A model generated the notes under the pieces. It saw nothing but the letters and a program-made list of their open reading frames with translations, was not told the origin of the DNA and searched no databases. A DNA stretch of 64,000 nt from sequence record PQ471515.1, one strand, 5' to 3'. Shown one piece after another: positions 27,835 to 36,575 of the stretch (positions within the stretch are counted from its first letter, which is position 1; each line of letters starts with the position of its first letter). The translations under genes were made by a program, and so were the position numbers.

Positions 27835-28110
27835 ATGCGTTCATTTGAAAACTTAATCGGTAAACTTCGCTTACAAGAAATTGAAGCTGATGTGAAGGAA
27901 TTATCTGAAACTAAGAGTTACATTCATTTAGATGAACTGTTTATTAAGTACGGTGAGATTGGTTTTAAGTCATTATTTGTTTTTGTCATGAAGGTGCATA
28001 GTTTAAAGTACTTTGATTTGAGTTCAAAAGACGGACAACCAAATCTGTATTACATGTATTATCTTAAGAACATAGACGAAGCTAATACATTATTCTTAGA
28101 ATATATGTAG
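27835..28110 (+). CDS. Hypothetical protein
   Basis: AAGGA SD; start moved to ATG 27835. Confidence 0.55.
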   Translation: MRSFENLIGKLRLQEIEADVKELSETKSYIHLDELFIKYGEIGFKSLFVFVMKVHSLKYFDLSSKDGQPNLYYMYYLKNIDEANTLFLEYM

Positions 28111-28119
28111 GGGTAAAAA

Positions 28120-28458
28120 ATGGAACAACATTTTGAATTAATTAATAAGGTATCATTTTATGTAGTATCGTTAATTTGGGTGTATTACATGTTTGGTTAC
28201 ATTATTGCATTCTTCCGATACACGACCTTGTATCAACGCATATACTACGATGCACCAATTTCATTTTTGATGTTCTGTGCATGTACGTGGGGGATAATTG
28301 AAGCACTGGTATGTGGATATAGTACGGACGAATTAAATCTCGTATCGGTGTTGACATTACTAACAATTGCTACTATGATAGCTACAGTTCCGATATTTTT
28401 GCTCTTTAAACTGCTTCATCGCATCGATGAGTGGCGTAATAAAATCCCTGAAAAGTAA
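28120..28458 (+). CDS. 3-TM membrane protein family member
   Basis: TM1-FFRY, C-terminal RNKIPEK. Confidence 0.65.
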   Translation: MEQHFELINKVSFYVVSLIWVYYMFGYIIAFFRYTTLYQRIYYDAPISFLMFCACTWGIIEALVCGYSTDELNLVSVLTLLTIATMIATVPIFLLFKLLHRIDEWRNKIPEK

Positions 28459-28467
28459 GGATTGATA

Positions 28468-28809
28468 ATGATTTTTTACACTAATGCGTTTGCTTATGCC
28501 GTTGCATCAATCTACATTGTGTACTTCTTATTTGGTGGAGTACTGTACTTCTTTAAGTACAAAACATTGTTTAACCGAATGTATCCAAATCATCCAATTG
28601 TAGTAGTACTTTTGATGATTTCTGTTGCTCACATCATTGTAGAAACAATAATGGGTATCAGTGCAGTACATTACAGTCTAGGTACTATTGTAATTATTAC
28701 TATGATCATCGCATACATTTTAGTAATGGGTTCTGGTTTATTTGGGAATGTAGCAATGAAAATGTATAATCGAATCAAAACATTACGTGATAATCTACCG
28801 GAGCGTTGA
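28468..28809 (+). CDS. 3-TM membrane protein family member
   Basis: TM1-YFFKY, C-terminal LRDNLPER. Confidence 0.65.
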   Translation: MIFYTNAFAYAVASIYIVYFLFGGVLYFFKYKTLFNRMYPNHPIVVVLLMISVAHIIVETIMGISAVHYSLGTIVIITMIIAYILVMGSGLFGNVAMKMYNRIKTLRDNLPER

Positions 28810-28810
28810 G

Positions 28811-29155
28811 ATGTATAATTTAAATTTAATATCATATATCATAACAACACTGTTTACTTTCTATGCCTTTGTTGGTATACTCCTACTGTACTTTAAATTT
28901 TATAAACTCTTTGACCGTTTTTATCCGTCATTAGAACATGAATTCTTATTAGTGATGTACATCTGTCTAACGTTTATGTCTACATTTTTCACTGCATCTG
29001 ATGGTATCATTGGTATTAAAGCTGAAGAACCAAATGGGAGTACGCTTGTTGCCTTTATTCTGGTAGGATTTTTCAGTACTTATATTACCTTTATTTCAGG
29101 ATGTACCGTGATTGATTATCTTGTGAAATTACGAGATAAAATGCCAAATCGATAG
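28811..29155 (+). CDS. 3-TM membrane protein family member
   Basis: TM1-YFKF, C-terminal LRDKMPNR. Confidence 0.65.
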   Translation: MYNLNLISYIITTLFTFYAFVGILLLYFKFYKLFDRFYPSLEHEFLLVMYICLTFMSTFFTASDGIIGIKAEEPNGSTLVAFILVGFFSTYITFISGCTVIDYLVKLRDKMPNR

Positions 29156-29164
29156 GGGATTGCT

Positions 29165-29422
29165 ATGTTTGCATTGCGTAATAAAAACACAAAAGAGATT
29201 CTATGTATCTCAACAGTATGGGATTGTGCAGGAAGTGAAATGATTCTCGAAGAAGGTTCAGGTGATTGTGTTTATGTTGTTCAGGATCGTCGCGAACTGG
29301 AATCATTACTTGACGAATTTAATGCTGGTGGAAATCCTAAAAGTACTCAATTCCCTGAGATCAGGAATCCAGCACCACCAGGCTCTTATGAAATTCTACA
29401 ACTGTGGGAGATGGATAAGTAA
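29165..29422 (+). CDS. Hypothetical protein, paralog of 31285-31554
   Basis: MFALRNK...YVVQD...PE...YEI pattern. Confidence 0.6.
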   Translation: MFALRNKNTKEILCISTVWDCAGSEMILEEGSGDCVYVVQDRRELESLLDEFNAGGNPKSTQFPEIRNPAPPGSYEILQLWEMDK

Positions 29423-29802
29423 TGCGACAAATGCACAAAGTAACCGAGCTAAACAAGCGTCTGATTAAACAATCAATGTTTGAGGATAAAGAGTCTTACT
29501 ATAACTTCAAACGTGCTGTAGAGGCTGCTATCCACATTCAGAAGCTTAAAGATAGTGGATGTATTATTCTCGAAAATGGTTCTGACGTTGTTACTGATGA
29601 CTTCAGTGTAGCGTTTGATGTTTCACCTGATGGTTCGCTATCAATGCCACGCTTAGGGACTGGTGACATGACTGTGTGGGTAGGTTTCACTATGGGGAAT
29701 GTACCGGGCACGGTGTATGTAGATGATGCTGAGTTGAAAGAAAGCTTCAAAAACTTATCGCATCTTGAACCACAATACGCACATGAAATGAATTTATTTT
29801 GA
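29422..29802 (+). CDS. Hypothetical protein
   Basis: TAATG coupling. Confidence 0.6.
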   Translation: MRQMHKVTELNKRLIKQSMFEDKESYYNFKRAVEAAIHIQKLKDSGCIILENGSDVVTDDFSVAFDVSPDGSLSMPRLGTGDMTVWVGFTMGNVPGTVYVDDAELKESFKNLSHLEPQYAHEMNLF

Positions 29803-29803
29803 G

Positions 29804-29831
29804 TTGACAAACTCATTCAGTACTGTATAAT
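29804..29831 (+). promoter_or_regulatory. sigma70-type promoter, AGTACT subclass
   Basis: TTGACA-16-TATAAT with CAGTACTG abutting the -10. Confidence 0.7.
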
Positions 29832-29878
29832 GTTTATCAAGGGGATGAACTTCTCATCCCCACAATCGAGGAATTGTC

Positions 29879-30433
29879 ATGATTACTTTTAAGAAAACTG
29901 CTAACCACATCCATGAGATCTACATTAACGGTCACAAAGCTGGCCTTCTTCGTTTACTCGCCCATCATCCGAATATTACCGTATCTGATAATGAACCTAA
30001 AGATTGGCGTGTATTTTTCTTTGGAAAGTACAGTGATTTTCAAGTATCAAACCTGAAGAACATTCGTTCAGTATGCACGTTAACTGAAATTAAAGAAAAG
30101 TTAACCAAAGCATTGAAAACGAATCTAGATAGTGTTCTTCCACCTGATAACTTTGTAGAGAAAGGATATGCCTTAGCTCATTTCAAAGATGGTACTATTC
30201 AATCTATCAGTACTGAATATGAATATCAATGGACTGAGTACTTCACTTATGGATCGCGTAATACATTGATGGCTTCACGTAGTAAATTGGAAGAAGTACT
30301 GACTCGTATGAATGAACGCGAGCGTCAATTTTATGACAAACCAGAAATGTGGAGTTCAACTTACATTGACCGTATTGACTATGTTATTATGACTCCAATC
30401 TTTGACACTGCTTACTATGATTCTTTGAAATAA
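29879..30433 (+). CDS. Hypothetical protein
   Basis: GAGGA SD; first gene after promoter. Confidence 0.65.
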   Translation: MITFKKTANHIHEIYINGHKAGLLRLLAHHPNITVSDNEPKDWRVFFFGKYSDFQVSNLKNIRSVCTLTEIKEKLTKALKTNLDSVLPPDNFVEKGYALAHFKDGTIQSISTEYEYQWTEYFTYGSRNTLMASRSKLEEVLTRMNERERQFYDKPEMWSSTYIDRIDYVIMTPIFDTAYYDSLK

Positions 30434-30444
30434 GGATAACTTAT

Positions 30445-30621
30445 ATGAAACTACGTACTCGTAATCGACTGATGGATGCACTGTACCATGAACAGCTTTC
30501 ACTGAATGAAGTGAAGCGACAGTTAATGTACACATATCTGTTACCCGCTCGCATTGCAAAACAACGTGCTAAAGAATTGCTGAAAGAAGCAATCGAGTAC
30601 TGGGAATCTGATTCGTACTAA
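30445..30621 (+). CDS. 58 aa hypothetical protein (not in ORF track)
   Basis: AAGGA SD; MKLRTRNRLMDALYHEQ. Confidence 0.55.
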   Translation: MKLRTRNRLMDALYHEQLSLNEVKRQLMYTYLLPARIAKQRAKELLKEAIEYWESDSY

Positions 30622-30649
30622 TTGTCACGTTAATTAAGTGAGGCGATAA

Positions 30650-30901
30650 ATGAAAATTTTATTAGTTCTAATACTACTAATTGTTTTACCATTTACGTTA
30701 GTATCCCCTGAACTTGCATGGAATGTGTTTGTGTACTTACTATGTACTATTGTAGTAAATGGTATCTTGTTCTTAGTTCTATTCATAAATGGAATAGGAC
30801 ACGGTGGAGGATGGACCAGTACTGCTGATATTGTACATAAAACCACTATGTTTTTATTTGTAGTGTGGAATTTATTCTGGACTTGGTTTGTGTTCTTCTA
30901 A
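30650..30901 (+). CDS. Hypothetical membrane protein
   Basis: GAGG SD; about 3 TM helices. Confidence 0.55.
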   Translation: MKILLVLILLIVLPFTLVSPELAWNVFVYLLCTIVVNGILFLVLFINGIGHGGGWTSTADIVHKTTMFLFVVWNLFWTWFVFF

Positions 30902-30911
30902 TTAAAAAAAT

Positions 30912-31283
30912 ATGAATATAGATTTGAAAGGTGCAACACGAACTGTCATACTCATTGGGGAATATGCTATCAAGATTCCAACCTTTAAAAGTTGGAAGCT
31001 ATTCTTAACAGGGATGATAGCTAACCTCAATGAACGTTCATGGATGCAGTACTCCAAGCGTAGTGATACTGGTATCTGTCCTACTTTGTGGTCATCATGT
31101 ACTGGACTAGTAACTGTACAGAAGCGTTGTAAGCCAGTACAACATAGGGGTTTATTTTGGGTGGAGTTGTGTGCTTTAGCATTGAATTCAGAGTTAAGTA
31201 CTGACTTCTTCTATTCAGATGCGAAGCCAGAAAACTTTGGGTATCTGTGTGGTAAGTTGGTTAAACTTGATTATGGAGATTAA
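30912..31283 (+). CDS. Minimal protein-kinase-like protein
   Basis: GATRTV (Gly-loop), YAIKIP, NLNE, DAKPENF, LDYG. Confidence 0.55.
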   Translation: MNIDLKGATRTVILIGEYAIKIPTFKSWKLFLTGMIANLNERSWMQYSKRSDTGICPTLWSSCTGLVTVQKRCKPVQHRGLFWVELCALALNSELSTDFFYSDAKPENFGYLCGKLVKLDYGD

Positions 31284-31284
31284 T

Positions 31285-31554
31285 ATGTACGCATTGTATA
31301 ATAAAGAAAAGAAACGATTTGCTAAGGTTGAAATTTCGATTGATACATTTGACATGTTGGAGTACTGTATTGTAACGGATTTATATGCTAACTTGTATTA
31401 CGTTCTTGATGACGTATCAGTACTGCAACGATTGCTTGAGAATTCCAAAAGCCAATGCCAGGGCATCTATGATGGTTCATCTTATGAAACACCTGAGTGT
31501 TCCTACGGCTATCTGGACGGGTATGAGATTGTGAAGTTGGGGATTGTTGAATAA
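31285..31554 (+). CDS. Hypothetical protein, paralog of 29165-29422
   Basis: MYALYNK...YVLDD...PE...YEI pattern; GGAG SD. Confidence 0.6.
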   Translation: MYALYNKEKKRFAKVEISIDTFDMLEYCIVTDLYANLYYVLDDVSVLQRLLENSKSQCQGIYDGSSYETPECSYGYLDGYEIVKLGIVE

Positions 31555-31640
31555 ATGGATTAAACAATGAAGAAGTGTATCATTCTTTGTTCTAATCACC
31601 ATCGCATGGTACATTCTGGTAGACTATGTTTGATTGAAAG
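31553..31640 (+). pseudogene. Remnant of HNH endonuclease C-terminus
   Basis: Frame from 31567 reads MKKCIILCSNHHRMVHSG; no N-terminal part. Confidence 0.45.
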
Positions 31641-31643
31641 AAA

Positions 31644-31680
31644 AAAAGGGTTGACTTCAGTCGGCCCTTTTTGCTATAAT
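31644..31680 (+). promoter_or_regulatory. Terminator/promoter repeat cassette
   Basis: GGGTTGAC-TTCA-GTCGGCCC-T5; TTGACT-18-TATAAT. Confidence 0.85.
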
Positions 31681-31708
31681 CATTTCATCGAAACGAGAGG
31701 ATGAATAC

Positions 31709-32146
31709 ATGACACGCATTAACTTAGTACACGTTAAAGAACTTGCTGACCAACATCTGATGGCTGAATATCGTGAACTCCCACGTGTATTTGGTGCTGT
31801 ACAAAAACACGTTCAAGCACGTAAGCGTGTACGTGATTTCAAAATTAACAGTACTTACCTGTTAGGTTCAGGTCATGTAACATTCTTCTACAACAAGTTA
31901 CTGTACTTACAGAAGCGTCATATTGATATTGTTAACGAATGTTTGCGTCGTGGTATGAAGATTCAAAACACTGAAGTAAACGACATTAGCGGCTTCCCTG
32001 CTGAGTTTTGTAATGACTACGTACCATCGGAGTCAGAGATTAAAATGTCTCGTGAGCGTTTGATTGAGAAGCTCCAGATGAAGCCTACTTGGTATAAATT
32101 TACTGACGTTGACTTACCTGATTACTATACCGAGATGATTAAATAA
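31709..32146 (+). CDS. denV: Pyrimidine-dimer DNA glycosylase (T4 endonuclease V)
   Basis: MTRINL...[21 protein letters not shown]...KRVRDFKI...GHVTFFY, nearly identical to T4 DenV including catalytic Thr2 and Glu23. Confidence 0.95.
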   Translation: MTRINLVHVKELADQHLMAEYRELPRVFGAVQKHVQARKRVRDFKINSTYLLGSGHVTFFYNKLLYLQKRHIDIVNECLRRGMKIQNTEVNDISGFPAEFCNDYVPSESEIKMSRERLIEKLQMKPTWYKFTDVDLPDYYTEMIK

Positions 32147-32161
32147 ATAGCGATTAAAAAA

Positions 32162-32377
32162 ATGATACTTGACACTGCTAGATACAAGTTTACAAACAAT
32201 CCGAACACTGTCCGAACACTCACCCTGAAATGGTGGTTGAGACATCGTGATACTGATTTGAATACACAAACCGTATCAGAACTTATCTCGTCAATTATAG
32301 AATTAAGCGATGATGATTGTGTTGAAAACAATATATATAATCTATGGAATGATTATGTTAACAAAACAAAGGGTTGA
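32162..32377 (+). CDS. Small hypothetical protein
   Basis: TGA stop lies inside downstream cassette. Confidence 0.5.
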   Translation: MILDTARYKFTNNPNTVRTLTLKWWLRHRDTDLNTQTVSELISSIIELSDDDCVENNIYNLWNDYVNKTKG

Positions 32378-32408
32378 CTTCGGTCAGCCCTTTTTGCTAT
32401 AATTATTT
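32368..32408 (+). promoter_or_regulatory. Terminator/promoter repeat cassette
   Basis: 41 bp identical to the copies at 33752 and 36512. Confidence 0.85.
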
Positions 32409-32445
32409 TATAGAAATTAAAGTACTAAATTGGAGTTTTTAATTA

Positions 32446-33744
32446 ATGCCAGCTAAAAAAACAACTGAACAATTCATTAAAGACGCAAAAGAAAAAAGAA
32501 CTGACATTGATTTTGATTATAGTAAAGTTAATTATATTAATTCTTTTACAAAAGTAACTATTATTGATCCTGAATTTGGTGAGTTTGATATTACACCCAA
32601 TCACTTTTTAAGTGGTAGTGGGCATCCTATCCGTGGTGGTTCATCTAAAAAAACAACAGAACAATTTATTAAAGACGCGAAAGAAAAAAGAACTGATATT
32701 GATTTTGAATATAGTAAAGCGGTGTACGTTAATTATAGAACAAAAGTAACTATTATAGATCCTGAATATGGTGAGTTCAGTGTTACACCAAGCAACTTTT
32801 TAAGTGGTAGTGGGCATCCTTCTAGATCTATTAATAACGATATTGTAAAAAAAACAAAAACAACAGAACAATTTATTAAAGAAGCAAAAGAAAAGAGATC
32901 TGACATTGATTTTGATTATAGTAAAGTTAATTATATTAATACTAAAACAAAAGTAACTATTATTGATCCTGAATTTGGTGAGTTTGATATTACACCGAAA
33001 AGCTTTTTAAGTGGTAGTGGGCATCCTATCCGTGGTGGTTCATCTAAAAAAACAACAGAACAATTTATTAAAGACGCGAAAGAAAAAAGAACTGATATTG
33101 ATTTTGAATATAGTAAAGTTAACTATGTTAATAACAAAACAAAAGTAACTGTTATAGATCCTGAATATGGTGAGTTCGATATTACACCTAATAGTTTTTT
33201 ACGTGGCTGTGGGCATCCTAGAAGGGGAGGTAAAGCTAAAAAAACAACAGAACAATTTATTAAAGACGCGAAAGAAAAAAGAACTGATATTGATTTTGAA
33301 TATAGTAAAGTTAACTATGTTAATAACAAAACAAAAGTAACTGTTATAGATCCTGAATATGGTGAGTTCAGTGTTACACCAGATGATTTTTTAAGAGGTA
33401 GTGGGCATCCATTGCGTGCAGGTTATTCCCAGCAATATGCATATGTTAACATTATTTCAGACAACGATTTACCTATTGCTTTAAAATATGGTATTGAAAA
33501 ACAAAAAGGAAAACGTGTTAAGCAACAAAATAAAAAATCATTATTTAAAGTAAAACTAATTTGTGTATATAGTTTCCCAACTGTGATAAATTGTAAGGAA
33601 GCAGAAAAAGAATGCAAGAGACTATTTGGTAATGGTATCTTGTCTAAAAAAGAAATGCCAGATGGATATACAGAAACAACTACAATCACTAATTTAGAAA
33701 AAATTTTATCGATCTATGAAAAGTGGGGTGGTGTAAAACAATAG
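32446..33744 (+). mobile_element. Free-standing homing endonuclease-like gene (5 DNA-binding repeats + T5orf172/GIY-YIG-like C-terminus)
   Basis: Five KTTEQFIK...DPEFGEF...GHP repeats; C-terminal LKYGI..R..QQN...EAEK...DGYTET. Confidence 0.7.
32455..33429 (+). repeat. Five intragenic tandem repeats of about 192 nt
   Basis: Near-identical DNA and protein units visible directly. Confidence 0.9.
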
Positions 33745-33749
33745 CACAT

Positions 33750-33800
33750 AAAAAGGGTTGACTTCGGTCAGCCCTTTTTGCTATAATTATTTCATCAACT
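33750..33800 (+). promoter_or_regulatory. Terminator/promoter repeat cassette
   Basis: 51 bp exact direct repeat with 36510-36560; TTGACT-18-TATAAT. Confidence 0.9.
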
Positions 33801-33813
33801 CAAGAGGTAATAC

Positions 33814-34056
33814 ATGAAACTATCTTTTATACGATTGGCTGAATTCTTTGGTACTGATGTAATTACTTTACAACAAATTGCAGACAATACTTCATTAAGT
33901 ACACAAGAAGTACTTGACTTAGATGTAATTCAGTGCGATAATACTTCCATCGATTACAAAGAAGGTCTTGTCGAAAAAGATAAGATTCAAGCTAAGATTA
34001 ATGGTGCTGGACGGGTTCAGTACTGGAAAGGAGTTTTAAGTAATGTTAATTTATGA
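33814..34056 (+). CDS. Small hypothetical protein
   Basis: GAGG SD; native composition (two AGTACT sites). Confidence 0.6.
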   Translation: MKLSFIRLAEFFGTDVITLQQIADNTSLSTQEVLDLDVIQCDNTSIDYKEGLVEKDKIQAKINGAGRVQYWKGVLSNVNL

Positions 34057-35458
34057 CGAGCTTGGTGTTGGATACCATTTTACCGATGTTGTGCAATTGG
34101 AGGGTGAATATGTACGCGACGCACGAGAAGACACACCACTTGATAAAATAAAAACACTTAATTCACTAATAATAAAAAATATAATACACATTGAATTATT
34201 ACAAGGATTTGTCGTTGATGGCATAGATGAGTATAATAAAAAAAGATATTCTAAAAAATTTCGACAACCAAAATGTAATTTGAAAATAGCATTTTGGTAT
34301 GATGGTTTATTGTTCATTCAAGGTTATAAACAATTTCTTTCCAACTTAAGTTCAGGAAACTATTGTCCGGGTGAAAAAATATATAATTTAGAAAAAACCA
34401 TTTTATCTGCAAAAAATAAACTATCCGGTGGGTGTAGTATAATAACTGGGAATGGTGAGTGGCTGGGGAGAACAAATACTAAACTTTATGCACTCTGCAC
34501 GAAAACCAATAAACCTTGGGAATTCACCATCGGTACACAATATTCTCAGAATTGTCCTGACTGTAAAAAAAGCAAAAAAACTAATAAAGACTTAGATGTG
34601 TTTTTTGAACAACAATGTATAAAATTAAATGCAAAATTTATTGGTATTTTCATGTATAATGGTGTAGATAATAGTATTGTCAAATCGGTATGTAATTGTT
34701 GTGGTAATGAACGTATGGATTATGGAATAACGTTTCGTGCGGGCAGTAGAAAAAGTTTATGCCCACTTGAATCAAGCAGAGTAGAAAAAATAAAAAAATC
34801 CCAATACTTACAAAATGAAGTTTTGGAAGAAAAAATAAAAACTGCAATGAAAATCCATAATATAAGATTTGATGATTCTAACAAATTTGAACCTGAGAAA
34901 TACGCAAATGTCAAAACTACTATTATAAATTATATTGATTCGAGTGGAACCCCTGGTAGTACATGTCTTTCAAATTTGATTTATAATACAGACAAACGAA
35001 GTATTGGTTCAAAAAACATGACTAATGGTGGTGAGTTGTATACAAATTCATTTGGAAATATGTACAAACTAGGTCACACGACAAAAACAAGTCGTAGGAT
35101 ATACGAACAAAATTTATCCTTCTCCAAAAAAAATATATTATGGAAAAATGAACTAATTTTAAAGTTTCCTGGTGAAAATGGGTATGGTCGAGCGATTTAT
35201 TTTGAAAAAACAATTTTAGATTATGTAAATAATATAATTGATTGGGTGAAAAACGTTCAAAAAACACCAATATTCGCCCGTGGTTGTGTTGACGAAGGTG
35301 ATGGACATACTGAAACATTTTTAAAGATATATGAATCATATTTTAGATATAAATTGAATGAATTGTACTTGACATATAAAGATGAATGGGATATAATTAT
35401 TTTCAAAGATGAAAAGAATTTTATTTCTAATACAAGAGATACTAAAAATGACCAATGA
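34043..35458 (+). mobile_element. Putative T5orf172/GIY-YIG-type homing endonuclease-like gene
   Basis: C-terminal GELY...YKLGHT...RRIYEQN...FEKTIL...DGHTETF; CxxC pairs; very A-rich. Confidence 0.6.
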
Positions 35459-36506
35459 ACAAATTATTGATATTTTAAACAAACTTGGATATGATGAAAT
35501 AACAATTAATGTGGATAAATGTACATATGATGTATTTCATCCTAAAAGAAAAATAATTTATACTGGTATGGATTTAAATAAGATCAACTTTAATACAAAA
35601 GCAATAAAATTTCCACCGTTGGATTATAACACAATAAAATTAAGTTGTGAGAATATTTTCAAAGATAGTGAATGTAAATTTTGTTATTTGGAATATAATG
35701 AAAACAAACCAAATGACACAAAAGTTTTTTATTGTGCACCTAAAAGAAAAAAACCAACCAGTATATATTATAGACATTTGGTGAGTGGTGGTATTCGTAT
35801 TAATGTTGAATGGGATATTGAAGACATCTATGATAATGTCTTGATTAAAATAAAAGATATGGATGGTTTTGATATTGATCATGTTGAATATAATGAAAAA
35901 GAAACTTCAAAAACTATAATTCATTTTAAACACCCAAATAGATTATTAACAGTTAAAAATGAATTTAGATATATAATGAGAGATAATTGGTCATTAAAAG
36001 AACCGCAGATTTCATTAGACGAAATAAATGAGATTGGTAAGAAATTTTCAAAAGAACATCCAAAATATAAGTATCTTGGATGTAAAAGATTCAAAGGTTC
36101 AAAATCGATATTATCGTTTGTTAAAATCGATAATGGAAAAATTTGGAATCCATCATATGAATCAATAGTTTATAGTAATATTAACAGTGATGTTGGTGGA
36201 TATATTGCAAATGATATAAAAAATTTATATATATTTAAAACTGATTCATTTGTTGGAACATTTATATGCAATGAAACAAAATTTAACTTTCATAAAAATG
36301 AAAGGGAGTTTTGGTTGGATGATGGGGAGATTGAGATAATTGGACAATTCAATGAACGATATTCTTTTTTAAAAGGTATTGTAGATACAGTTAATAGTGA
36401 AATAGAAATAGATCATGATTTAGATATTGTTGGATATACGTGTATTAGGAAAATACATAATATTGAATATATACAACAACGTTGTTATGATTTATTCAAT
36501 TTATAA
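35448..36506 (+). CDS. Hypothetical protein, possibly degenerate homing endonuclease
   Basis: Same atypical A-rich composition; repeated EYNE..P..TK-like units; catalytic motif not convincing. Confidence 0.4.
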   Translation: MTNEQIIDILNKLGYDEITINVDKCTYDVFHPKRKIIYTGMDLNKINFNTKAIKFPPLDYNTIKLSCENIFKDSECKFCYLEYNENKPNDTKVFYCAPKRKKPTSIYYRHLVSGGIRINVEWDIEDIYDNVLIKIKDMDGFDIDHVEYNEKETSKTIIHFKHPNRLLTVKNEFRYIMRDNWSLKEPQISLDEINEIGKKFSKEHPKYKYLGCKRFKGSKSILSFVKIDNGKIWNPSYESIVYSNINSDVGGYIANDIKNLYIFKTDSFVGTFICNETKFNFHKNEREFWLDDGEIEIIGQFNERYSFLKGIVDTVNSEIEIDHDLDIVGYTCIRKIHNIEYIQQRCYDLFNL

Positions 36507-36509
36507 CAA

Positions 36510-36560
36510 AAAAAGGGTTGACTTCGGTCAGCCCTTTTTGCTATAATTATTTCATCAACT
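36510..36560 (+). promoter_or_regulatory. Terminator/promoter repeat cassette
   Basis: 51 bp exact direct repeat with 33750-33800. Confidence 0.9.
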
Positions 36561-36575
36561 GATGAGGATAACGAA

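Noticed and set aside
32446-36506. Homing endonucleases as intron- or intein-encoded
   Set aside because: Flanking denV and ATPase genes are intact and each block has its own promoter and terminator; they appear free-standing.
12233-36560. Terminator/promoter repeats as a CRISPR array
   Set aside because: Copies are 0.7-8 kb apart and separated by genes, not by 30-40 bp spacers; no cas genes.
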